A DNA stretch of 64,000 nucleotides, taken from positions 1-64,000 of the forward strand of contig JAHQWK010000002.1 of NCBI GenBank assembly GCA_029856145.1. The letters are read 5' to 3'. Source of the DNA: Promethearchaeia archaeon. GTDB lineage: Archaea; Asgardarchaeota; Lokiarchaeia; Sigyniarchaeales; SOKP01. Numbering within the stretch: the stretch's first letter is position 1; each line of letters begins with the position of its first letter. Positions 1 through 9,054 of the stretch are shown piece after piece. Under the pieces are notes generated by a model that was not told the DNA's origin, searched no databases, and saw only the letters and a program-made list of their open reading frames with translations. The position numbers were made by a program, and so were the translations under genes.

Positions 1-22
1 ATATACAACTTCCTTTTTATAA

Positions 23-295
23 ATGGCTCTTCAAGAATTTATTATTGAAGTTATTATAACTAATAAAGAAAAAGCTCGTGATCCTGTAGGTGAAACCATA
101 AAACGAGACCTACTTGCAAAAAAAGGTTATGATATGGTCTCAAATGTTAGAAGTGGCCAATACTTGAGGTTTAATCTTGATACTGAAAGTGAAGAGCGAG
201 CTAAAAACATTGTTGAAGACTTGTTAAACAAATTGAGAATTTATAACCCGGTAACTCAAAATTTCAGGATTTTAAAACTAAAAAAAGAAACTTGA
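23..295 (+). CDS. purS: Phosphoribosylformylglycinamidine synthase subunit PurS
   Basis: 90 aa with DPVGETI, VRSG and YNPV motifs; first gene of a purS-purQ-purL run. Confidence 0.93.
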   Translation: MALQEFIIEVIITNKEKARDPVGETIKRDLLAKKGYDMVSNVRSGQYLRFNLDTESEERAKNIVEDLLNKLRIYNPVTQNFRILKLKKET

Positions 296-301
296 GAAAT
301 T

Positions 302-1012
302 ATGAGTATAAAGATAGCTGTAATCCAATTTCCGGGAGCTAATTGTGATTTGGACACTATTCATGTATTAAAAGATGTTATGCATATCAATGTTGATTTA
401 ATCTGGCATAACTATTTTAAGGAGTCTAAATATGACGGTGTTATTTTACCCGGTGGTTTTTCATTTGGTGATTATTTAAGAAGTGGAATTATTGCGGCTC
501 ATAGTCCTGCAATTGATGAAGCAAAAATAATGGTAAAAGACGGGAGACCTGTAATAGGTATCTGTAATGGATGTCAAATCTTAGCTGAAGCCCAATTCCT
601 TCCAGGTGCATTTTTACATAATGAATCTCTCAAATTTATATGTAAATGGGTAAATCTAAAAGTAGAAAATAACAAAACTGCATTTTCAAATAAAATGAAT
701 ATAGGCGATGTTCTTGCTTTACCTATAGCTCATGCAGAAGGACGGTATTTTAATGATAATGTGAAAGAATTAGAAGAAAATAACCAAATTGTTTTTAGAT
801 ATTCTACTGAAAAAGGTGAACTTACTAAAGATTCAAATCCCAATGGTTCATTAGCAAATATTGCAGGAATTTGTAATTTAGAACAAAATTGCATTGGATT
901 AATGCCTCACCCTGAACGTGCCTCAGAAGCAATTATAACTCCAAAAAGAACAACTCATGGATTATTATTTTTTGAATCTATAATTGAATTTATTAAGCGG
1001 AGGATCTCCTAA
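302..1012 (+). CDS. purQ: FGAM synthase glutaminase subunit PurQ
   Basis: FPGANCD, LPGGFSFGDYLR, GICNGCQ (catalytic Cys), AHAEGR, MPHPER. Confidence 0.97.
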   Translation: MSIKIAVIQFPGANCDLDTIHVLKDVMHINVDLIWHNYFKESKYDGVILPGGFSFGDYLRSGIIAAHSPAIDEAKIMVKDGRPVIGICNGCQILAEAQFLPGAFLHNESLKFICKWVNLKVENNKTAFSNKMNIGDVLALPIAHAEGRYFNDNVKELEENNQIVFRYSTEKGELTKDSNPNGSLANIAGICNLEQNCIGLMPHPERASEAIITPKRTTHGLLFFESIIEFIKRRIS

Positions 1013-3258
1013 TGACTAAGATAACTTTAAATAGAGAAGAAGCACATGTAGAGATGACAAAGGGAGAATTTGAAAGAGTAAAGGAATTATTGGGTAGGGA
1101 ACCAAGTATTACTGAACTAGGTGCATTTGATGTCATGTGGTCTGAGCATTGTTCTTATAAATCATCACGTCCAAAATTAAAATTATTCGAGGATGCTGAA
1201 GCAAATTATGACTATGTATTGGCGGGTCCTGGACAAGACGCAGGAGTTATCGATATCGGAGATGGATATGCTTTAGCATTTCGAATAGAATCTCATAATC
1301 ATCCATCAGCAATAGAACCTTATCACGGAGCTGCAACAGGGATTGGAGGTATTATAAGAGATATTCTTTGTATGGGTGTGCGACCAATCGCATTATTAGA
1401 TCCTTTGAGATTTGGTAAACTAAAAAACAATCCGCATTCTCAATGGTTATTTAAATATGTTGTAAAAGGTATTGCTGATTATGGTAATTGTACAGGAATA
1501 CCAACTATCGGTGGAGAAGTTGAATTTGATGATAGTTTTGAAAGTAACTGTTTAGTAAATGTCGCATGTATAGGATTAGGGTCAATAGAGGATTTTAAAC
1601 ATGCTCCAAGCAGAGCTTATAACCCGGGTGATTACGTTATCCTAATGGGAGGGTCTACAGGGAGAGATGGGATTCATGGAGTAACATTCGCATCTCGTAC
1701 TTTAACTGAAATGTCTGAAGCAGACCGCCCTGCTGTCCAAATTGGGGATCCATTTACTAAAAAAATGATTATAGAAGCCACTTTAGAAGCAATAAAGACA
1801 GGTTTTGTAAGGGGATTAAAAGATCTTGGTGGAGGGGGATTAACCTGCGCAACCAGTGAATTGACAGGAGATGGCAATACTGGAGCAAAAGTAGATTTAA
1901 GAAAAGTATTTACAAGAGAACCTGGAATGAATTCTTATGAAATTATGCTCTCAGAATCGCAAGAACGAATGGCTTTCATTGTTAAACCAGAAGGTTTAGA
2001 GATTGTCCTTGATATATTTAGAAAATATGAAATAAATTTTGCTGTAATTGGTAGAACAGATGATTCAAAAGTTCTCAAAGTATATGATGATGATAATCTT
2101 GTTGTAAACATGCCTTCTAAAGCACTTTCTGAATCACCCATATTTAAAAGGCAAGAAAAACGACCATCTTATTTAGATGAATTATTAGTTCAAAAAACTC
2201 CAAAACCATCTTTAGGATTAGATGAAATAATCTATAAATTAATCGCCTCAGAAAATATTTGTAGTAAGGAGTGGGTTTATCGACAATATGATCATGAAGT
2301 TGGAGTTAGATCAGTAGTGAAATGTGGAGAAGGAGATTCAGGAGTTTTAAGAATAATTGGTACAGATAAATTTATAGCTGCGAGTGTTGGCGTCAATTCT
2401 AAGCATTGTTTTTTAGATTCATACGAAGGGGCTAAAGGAGGTTTGGTTGAAGAATGTGGGAATGTTATAGCAAATGGAGCAAAACCAATGGCAATGGTAA
2501 ACTGCTGTAATTTTGGAAATCCTGAAATACCTGAGTCATTTTGGTATTTTTCTCAAGCTGTTGAAGGTATGAATGATTTTTGCAGAAATTTGAGAATTCC
2601 GATAGTGGGGGGTAATGTATCTTTCTATAATGAAGATGAAATCAAAAAAATCGCAATTAAAGCAACACCCTCGATAATGATTGTAGGGCTTATTGAAGGT
2701 GAAGAAAATATCATCACTCTTCCGTTTAAGCATGCTGGAGATGATATCTTTCTTATAGGTGAGACTAAAGCAGAATTAGGAGGTTCAGAATATCATTCAG
2801 TTATTTATAATCTTGAGGGTGGAACACCTCCTAGGGTTGATGAGAGAAAAGTTAAAGATACGTGGGATTTTCTTTTTGAGTTATATAAAAGAAATCTTGT
2901 GAAGGCGAATCATGATATAAGTAAGGGCGGACTTATTATTACAATTGCTGAAATGTGCTTCAAACACAAATTGGGGGCAGATTTAGATTTTTCAAACAGT
3001 TATGGTGAAAAATTAGAGGCTGATGAATTTCTATTTAGCGAATCAGTAGGAAGATTCATTATAGAAACGGATCCTAAGGATTATGATACCATTTTAGAAA
3101 TTTCAAAACAATTTGATATTGAACTTAAAAAAATAGGTAATATAGTTGTTAATCCAGAAATTAATATTAAAGGATTAAGATCTCAAATTTTTAAATTAAA
3201 TATTGAGAAAATGAAAGAACTATTTGATTCTACAATTCCAAGCCTAATGGAAATCTAA
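1012..3258 (+). CDS. purL: FGAM synthase subunit PurL
   Basis: MWSEHCSYKSS, ESHNHPSAIEPYHGAATG, DLGGGGL, SESQERM; TAATG overlap with purQ. Confidence 0.97.
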   Translation: MTKITLNREEAHVEMTKGEFERVKELLGREPSITELGAFDVMWSEHCSYKSSRPKLKLFEDAEANYDYVLAGPGQDAGVIDIGDGYALAFRIESHNHPSAIEPYHGAATGIGGIIRDILCMGVRPIALLDPLRFGKLKNNPHSQWLFKYVVKGIADYGNCTGIPTIGGEVEFDDSFESNCLVNVACIGLGSIEDFKHAPSRAYNPGDYVILMGGSTGRDGIHGVTFASRTLTEMSEADRPAVQIGDPFTKKMIIEATLEAIKTGFVRGLKDLGGGGLTCATSELTGDGNTGAKVDLRKVFTREPGMNSYEIMLSESQERMAFIVKPEGLEIVLDIFRKYEINFAVIGRTDDSKVLKVYDDDNLVVNMPSKALSESPIFKRQEKRPSYLDELLVQKTPKPSLGLDEIIYKLIASENICSKEWVYRQYDHEVGVRSVVKCGEGDSGVLRIIGTDKFIAASVGVNSKHCFLDSYEGAKGGLVEECGNVIANGAKPMAMVNCCNFGNPEIPESFWYFSQAVEGMNDFCRNLRIPIVGGNVSFYNEDEIKKIAIKATPSIMIVGLIEGEENIITLPFKHAGDDIFLIGETKAELGGSEYHSVIYNLEGGTPPRVDERKVKDTWDFLFELYKRNLVKANHDISKGGLIITIAEMCFKHKLGADLDFSNSYGEKLEADEFLFSESVGRFIIETDPKDYDTILEISKQFDIELKKIGNIVVNPEINIKGLRSQIFKLNIEKMKELFDSTIPSLMEI

Positions 3259-3413
3259 TTTAATATTAAAAAAAATTAATTTCTATAATATATGTTCTCA
3301 TATAACATTTTTAATCTAAAACCATAAATATGAAATAATTTTATAATTTCTTAATAAATGGACAACTACGTATGTATTTATTTATTTTTAAAAATTAAAT
3401 ATGGATAGTAATT

Positions 3414-3620
3414 ATGAGTGTTCGATGCCGAGCTTGCATAAAATGTAGAACATATCTTGTTATTCATCCAAGTAATCCTGTCAATCAGGTAGAAATCAAG
3501 AGATTTGAAAAGCAGCATTTAGGTCATACAGTAGTAACTGTTGATCTTAATGAAATAAAGGGTAGTTATAGTTCTTCGAAGAATAATAAAACAGAAAAAA
3601 CTACTAAGGAAGCGGAATAA
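3414..3620 (+). CDS. Small hypothetical protein, probably Zn-binding
   Basis: 68 aa with CIKC near the N-terminus and a downstream HxxH (QHLGH). Confidence 0.6.
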   Translation: MSVRCRACIKCRTYLVIHPSNPVNQVEIKRFEKQHLGHTVVTVDLNEIKGSYSSSKNNKTEKTTKEAE

Positions 3621-3677
3621 TCTCTTTCTTATTCTTAAGTCTATTAAAAAAAGAAAAAAAATTTAAAAATGAATTAA

Positions 3678-5135
3678 TTATTGTTCTATCTGTGTACCAC
3701 ACCATTTACAGAATTTTTCTGTCCCAGTAAGTTTACTTCCACACAATGAACATGTTTTTGCCGTAGCTGGAGTAGTTATTGAAGGAACACCGATTTGTCT
3801 TCCTTCTATTTTTCCCCCACATTTAGGACAAAATTTAGAATCAGGTTTTATTGACGCATTGCACCGTGCACATTTGGTTTCTTTTTCAACAGTTTTGGGA
3901 GGAGTGGTTTTATATGGTGATACCTTTTTTTGGTCTGGTGTTGTTGGTGCTTTAAGTTTCAATTTTTTCTGTCCTCTTCTTGCCACCACTGCAGCTATCA
4001 GTATAATAACAACAACTACAAGTATAATAATTAAGATCCATTGAATATTAATCCACCTGTCTTGAGCGGTTAGACCTGTATTATAGGTTACATCAAAAGT
4101 AATGACCGTTGATGTATCAGGAGGTGGAACATTTATTGGTTCAAAATAAATAAAGAAATACCATTCTCCTGCTTGAGGAACTATAAATGTTTGCTGCGGT
4201 ATTGAGCTAGTTGTATTAATATGAAAATCGGTCTGACTAAAATCTACTACATCTGTAGCATTAAAATTAACGCTAAAATCAACATCAATACTTGTTCCTC
4301 CCCTATTTTCCCATACTACAAAGTAGTCATTTTCGCTTGTAATTAGCAAAGACCCATTTTCTGCAGGTGTATTCTGCTCATTTATATAAATGCTGTTTTC
4401 TATATCTATTATTTGGAAATCCACCAACCCAGATGAGTTAAACTCATAATCGATTGAGGATCCAGGTTTTAAATACATCCAGACATTATCATGCGTACTA
4501 CCGCTCGGTATAGTAATTGGTCCGTTGTAAGGTATATGCATTGTTGTTAAAGGTATATGTTCAAATGGACGATTATCAATAGCAAAATTGATATTAACTG
4601 ATGATGATTGAACAGAGAAAGTCATATCTCCTTCTTCAACATATTCATGTTCAAACCAAAATTCATTGAAGTATAAAGTTTCTGTAGAGCGATAATTAAC
4701 ATAACCATCTACATCTGCATTATTAAATGGAAATAATAATGCAACACCCGCTACTGGGAGGATTATCAATGTAAGAACAATTAAAAATAATATCCCACCA
4801 CCCATATAGACAGGACTATAATACCAAGGTCTATAGTAATGTCCCGCCCAATACGGTGAATACCACCATCTATAATACCAAGGTCGATGATACCACCAAT
4901 AAGGTCTATAATATCTACGATGTGGTCCATAATATCTATGTGAATAAGGACCCCTTGGAGATCTTGATGTTACTCTTGTGGCACCAGTTCTACCAAAGGG
5001 TCTTCCACCACCACGATATCCGCCTCTAGATGAACCAGAACCGCCTCGAAATCCACCACCACGGAATCCTCCGCCAAAACTACCACCACGGAATCCTCCG
5101 CCACCACGAGATCCACCGCCACCACCTCGGGGCAT
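3678..5135 (-). CDS. Membrane protein: N-terminal RGG/GGF low-complexity tail, Y/W/R-rich segment, TM, beta-rich ectodomain, TM, C-terminal zinc ribbons
   Basis: GGGFRGG repeats; two hydrophobic spans (ILFLIVLTLIILPVAGVALLF and WILIIILVVVVIILIAAVVA); four CxxC pairs (CARC, CPKC, CSLC, CKWC). Confidence 0.8.
   Translation of the reverse strand: MPRGGGGGSRGGGGFRGGSFGGGFRGGGFRGGSGSSRGGYRGGGRPFGRTGATRVTSRSPRGPYSHRYYGPHRRYYRPYWWYHRPWYYRWWYSPYWAGHYYRPWYYSPVYMGGGILFLIVLTLIILPVAGVALLFPFNNADVDGYVNYRSTETLYFNEFWFEHEYVEEGDMTFSVQSSSVNINFAIDNRPFEHIPLTTMHIPYNGPITIPSGSTHDNVWMYLKPGSSIDYEFNSSGLVDFQIIDIENSIYINEQNTPAENGSLLITSENDYFVVWENRGGTSIDVDFSVNFNATDVVDFSQTDFHINTTSSIPQQTFIVPQAGEWYFFIYFEPINVPPPDTSTVITFDVTYNTGLTAQDRWINIQWILIIILVVVVIILIAAVVARRGQKKLKLKAPTTPDQKKVSPYKTTPPKTVEKETKCARCNASIKPDSKFCPKCGGKIEGRQIGVPSITTPATAKTCSLCGSKLTGTEKFCKWCGTQIEQ
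5001..5128 (-). repeat. GC-rich imperfect tandem coding repeat (GGGFRGG units)
   Basis: Recurrent ccaccaccacggaatcctccgcc-like units on the + strand; they encode the RGG tail. Confidence 0.75.
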
Positions 5136-5138
5136 TTT

Positions 5139-6140
5139 TTATTTTGACACCTCACTTGTTATAGCTTCAGGTCCTACTTCGCTGCGGAAAATATAGTCTC
5201 GATTAATAGCTAATAGAAATAAAATCATCGAAATAATTGACATTGTTAATCCTACAGGATCAATAGTAATAATAGGTTGTGGAGTCTCAATTGCAAAAGC
5301 TATACCGAACAAGATCCATTCAAAAACCATAAAGAAAACAACTAATCCGGGTACTATAGTTCTTAAAATCCGACCTGTCTCTAAATTTCTAGTATCAGAA
5401 AAACTTGTGTAGATTATTGAAAATAACCCGATCATTCCAGATATCAACATAAGAATACTAAATATACCAATTACAAGCCATATTGGATCATTTAAGGTAA
5501 AAAAAGATATCCAAATCCCTGCACCTCTTACATCAAATAAAGTGAAAAACAATGTTGGATCCCCTACGATTGGTCCCATGCCAAGTAAACTCATAAGATC
5601 ACTATATTTCCCGGTAAAAAATCCAAAAATTCCAGCTAAAGGTAAAATTATGCCTAGTGTGAATCCTATAATTGCACACACACTAGCAAACCAGAATTCA
5701 GCTACTTTAGTATTTCTCACTGGAATAAGACCAACTTCATCTACATTTTGATCAGGAATGAAACTCCAACAGTCATGGATAGAGCACACTCCTACAAGTG
5801 TTTCATTCTCTACTACGGGTACCACGTTTACGTTTAAATCACGCATTCTCGTAAATGCGTCAGTAACTGGTGTATCTAAATTCACTGGAGTTATTTTATA
5901 CATTATAGAAATAACTTTTTCAGTTTTAACATCGCGCCCTTCTGCCACAGCATTTTGAACAATATCAAAGTCGGCGATAACTCCAAGAACTTTTTGATTT
6001 TCTCCTTCAACAACTACCAAGTCTGGTACTCCCAATTCTTTCATCTTTTTCGCAGTATCTTGAATCGTTGCTTTAGAATCAATTATCCCATATTCGTCGT
6101 TAATCACTAGATCTCTAACAAAATATTCTTTTAAAGCCAT
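5139..6140 (-). CDS. CBS-pair domain fused to a ~4-TM membrane domain
   Basis: N-terminal tandem CBS pattern (VLGVIADFDIV; VPVVENETLVGVCSIHD) followed by four hydrophobic helices; 3 nt from the RGG gene. Confidence 0.8.
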   Translation of the reverse strand: MALKEYFVRDLVINDEYGIIDSKATIQDTAKKMKELGVPDLVVVEGENQKVLGVIADFDIVQNAVAEGRDVKTEKVISIMYKITPVNLDTPVTDAFTRMRDLNVNVVPVVENETLVGVCSIHDCWSFIPDQNVDEVGLIPVRNTKVAEFWFASVCAIIGFTLGIILPLAGIFGFFTGKYSDLMSLLGMGPIVGDPTLFFTLFDVRGAGIWISFFTLNDPIWLVIGIFSILMLISGMIGLFSIIYTSFSDTRNLETGRILRTIVPGLVVFFMVFEWILFGIAFAIETPQPIITIDPVGLTMSIISMILFLLAINRDYIFRSEVGPEAITSEVSK

Positions 6141-6406
6141 GGATTAAACATCCCATTTATTTTTAGATTAATTTTTATGAGGAATACGCTAAATAAAGTA
6201 TATAAATCTTTCTGTTAAAAAGCAATACTCTTTTAAGAAAAAGAAAAAGAAAAATCGGACTCTTTATCTTTCATATAATGTAGTTAAAACTTGAATATGT
6301 TAGTTCAATTAAATCAATTTTATTCAAAAGATGTAAAAACTATTCTAATAAATGTTGTAGAATATGGCCTAATTGCTATATTTAGCATGATATATATTAG
6401 ATAGTA

Positions 6407-7207
6407 TCATCTGAATTTAATTAATTCTTTTAATGAACTAAATGAATCAATAATTAAATATGGTTTAATCCTCGATTTAGTTAAATCAAAAAATTGTCCT
6501 TTTCCGGTTTTAACTAAAATTCCTTTAATTCCTGCATTAATTGCTCCTTGAATATCAGATTCAATATCGTCACCAATTACTAAAACTTCATCGGGATTGA
6601 GATCTATTTTTTCTAAGGCTTGTAGAAAATATTCTTTTGAAGGTTTTCCAAATATTTTTGGAATTACATCAGCCGCTTTTGCAATCATTTGTACAAAAGA
6701 GCCCGTATCTATGACTGGTTCACCTTTACGGTCAAGATAATATTTATTGCCTTGTGTTCCAAGAAGCATTGCACCCTTAAGCACATATCTAAAGGCTAAA
6801 TTTAAGCGATTAACATCCCAGTTATCATGAAAATCACCGATAATGACAAAATCAGGGATCTCAGAACCTTCCACTTGTCCAAATTCTTGAAATTCTTTTG
6901 CGACTTCATCTGTTGAGACCAAATAAGACTTTTTATTTATATGCTTAGATAAAAATTCTTTCAATGCAATAATTGGGGTAAAGATCTCATCCTCATTTAT
7001 GACAAATCCATAATCTTGTAAAATGTTTAGAACTGTCTTTGGAGATTTACTATCAGTATTCGTAAGAAAAAGTAGTTTTAAGCCAGCTTCCCGAAGTTTA
7101 GATACAGTATCAATTGCTTCAGGAATTGGCGTTCCTTTAAAATAAAGAGTCCCATCAATATCAGTTAGGATTCCTTTAATATTTTTTAATTTGTTTTTTT
7201 TATCCAT
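6407..7207 (-). CDS. HAD-superfamily subfamily IIA hydrolase (LHPP/HDHD2/NagD-like)
   Basis: DIDGTL, LTNT, GKPS, IGDDIESDI, VKTGK. Confidence 0.9.
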   Translation of the reverse strand: MDKKNKLKNIKGILTDIDGTLYFKGTPIPEAIDTVSKLREAGLKLLFLTNTDSKSPKTVLNILQDYGFVINEDEIFTPIIALKEFLSKHINKKSYLVSTDEVAKEFQEFGQVEGSEIPDFVIIGDFHDNWDVNRLNLAFRYVLKGAMLLGTQGNKYYLDRKGEPVIDTGSFVQMIAKAADVIPKIFGKPSKEYFLQALEKIDLNPDEVLVIGDDIESDIQGAINAGIKGILVKTGKGQFFDLTKSRIKPYLIIDSFSSLKELIKFR

Positions 7208-7451
7208 TATTATTATAAAACAAAATGGTACTTTAAAGAATTATCAAGGTAATTATAAATGATCGTGAAAGCTTCATTTCACGTATTTTATAATATCTTC
7301 TAGTATTTTCTCAATAATGCTACAATATTACCTGAAAAATCTCTTACATTCACATTAACATTTATTTAAAGAGACATTAAAGTTTTTAATGGATATTTCA
7401 ACATCGAATAATCAAGAAACTTTAATATAGGGACTAATCTAAGAATAAAAT

Positions 7452-7619
7452 GATATATTACGATGCTTTTATATATTATAAATGATTTTTTCTTATTTTA
7501 AGTTAATGTTATTCATTTATTCCTGTTTATTTCTTTTTTCATTGGATATTCGATCTCCGATATATTTAAATAGTAGTCTTTTCTTTAATATCATAAGTTT
7601 TATCAAAAACTGATATATT
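7452..7619. promoter_or_regulatory. Candidate operator: three GATATATT copies upstream of the padR-like gene
   Basis: GATATATT at 7452-7459, 7559-7566 and 7612-7619. Confidence 0.35.
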
Positions 7620-7636
7620 GTGTGGAGTTAAAAAAA

Positions 7637-8287
7637 ATGTTCTTTGGCAAACGATTTAGTGGCTATCATGGTGGACTTTTTTCAGGCTTAGATATTTTAG
7701 TACTTTCAATAATTAGAAATAAAGAAGGAAGATCTGGATATGAAATCATTCAAGAAATTAATAAAAAATTTAAACCAATGTGGAGAGCTTCTCCTGGAAC
7801 TATTTATCCTTTATTGAATAGACTAGATAAAAAAGGATTCGTTGACACTGAAGAATACATTGATGAAAATAATCGTCAAAAAAAGGTCTATAGGATCACT
7901 TTTCAAGGCATTGAGAGATTAAAAGAAGTCTTAAAAAATAACTTTGAGCCAAGTATGAATACTCTTGGAGATTACATTCGTACAGTTGTAAATGCTTGGT
8001 TACCACATGAAAAAGGAATTAAAGGCGTTATGTCGTGTTTCCCCTTTCATTGTGCACCTATTGATAAAGAAATCAACCAAAAAGATTATTCTCTGACAAA
8101 TATCAATAGAGTTGTAAGAATTGTCAATGATTTAAAATTTAGTAAAGAGAGGATTTCAATAAGAATAGCGGAAATTGACAGTGAAATCAAAAAGTATGAA
8201 GATATCTTAAGAGATCTAAAAATGGAAAGAGAAAAGAATACAAAGACAATTCCGATTGTGGATGATGAAGAGTATGAGAATTTTTAA
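7637..8287 (+). CDS. PadR-family transcriptional regulator
   Basis: SGYEIIQEI, ASPGTIYPLLNRL, KKVYRIT wHTH motif; ATG at 7637 follows GGAG (ORF track starts at GTG 7622). Confidence 0.9.
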   Translation: MFFGKRFSGYHGGLFSGLDILVLSIIRNKEGRSGYEIIQEINKKFKPMWRASPGTIYPLLNRLDKKGFVDTEEYIDENNRQKKVYRITFQGIERLKEVLKNNFEPSMNTLGDYIRTVVNAWLPHEKGIKGVMSCFPFHCAPIDKEINQKDYSLTNINRVVRIVNDLKFSKERISIRIAEIDSEIKKYEDILRDLKMEREKNTKTIPIVDDEEYENF

Positions 8288-8337
8288 CTTTCACCAATTT
8301 AATCTATGGAAAAATAAAAAATAAGGAGGAAAAAAGC

Positions 8338-8817
8338 ATGAATAATGAAAACTATCATGGACCGAGGGGGTTTGCTGGTTGTTTCCATTTTGGACCTCAC
8401 GATGTGGCAAAAATGAAAAGAATGGCTAGGCATTTTATGGGGGGTTTTATGGGATCTCATATCCCCTATAATGTTGAAGATCTTGGAGATCGCTATTTGA
8501 TTACTGTTCCATTAGCAGGTCGTACTAAGGAAGATGTTAAAGTATCATTGATTAATAAGCATATAAATATTAAAGCAGAGAAGCCTAAGATTCCTGAAGG
8601 AGAAAATGTGAAAGAAAAACCAGAAGGAGAGAAAATGCCCCAAGATTGTTGTGTTCCATTTTTTGGAAAAGGTTTTACATTTATAAATATGGATACGGAC
8701 ATTCCATTGCCTGCTGATGCAAATACAGATACACTTGTCTCCAAAATGGCAAATGGTCTCTTGAAAATAACTATAGAAAAGAAGCCAGCTAAAAACATTG
8801 ATATTAGTGAAAACTAA
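8338..8817 (+). CDS. Hsp20/alpha-crystallin family protein
   Basis: YLITVPLAG..KEDVKV, IPLP, MANGLLKITI; AGGAGG RBS. Confidence 0.88.
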   Translation: MNNENYHGPRGFAGCFHFGPHDVAKMKRMARHFMGGFMGSHIPYNVEDLGDRYLITVPLAGRTKEDVKVSLINKHINIKAEKPKIPEGENVKEKPEGEKMPQDCCVPFFGKGFTFINMDTDIPLPADANTDTLVSKMANGLLKITIEKKPAKNIDISEN

Positions 8818-8840
8818 TAAAAATTATAGAAATTAAAGGA

Positions 8841-8912
8841 GGAGCGCTTTAGAATTAAGAAATTAAAAATTCACGGGGAGTGATATTATAAATTTTAACT
8901 CTAAAGCACCCC
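8841..8912 (+). other. Long imperfect inverted repeat downstream of hsp20 (hairpin, terminator or ncRNA candidate)
   Basis: GGAGCGCTTTAGAATTAAGAAATTAAAAATTCAC-GGGGA-GTGATATTATAAATTTTAACTCTAAAGCACCCC, arms ~33 nt, followed by a T tract. Confidence 0.6.
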
Positions 8913-9054
8913 AATTAATAATATTTTTTTTTTCCTATTTAAATTGTTTTTTAGTATATTCTTTACTGAATAATAAAATTATTTATACAACTTCTTTCTT
9001 AAAGATTTTATAATTTAAAATCTAATCTCATGTTATAAGAATATACTTAAAAAT

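Noticed and set aside
4978-5196. Pro-rich + strand ORF, and the alternate-frame ORF 4970-5155
   Set aside because: Shadow frames of the Gly/Arg repeat in the real minus-strand gene
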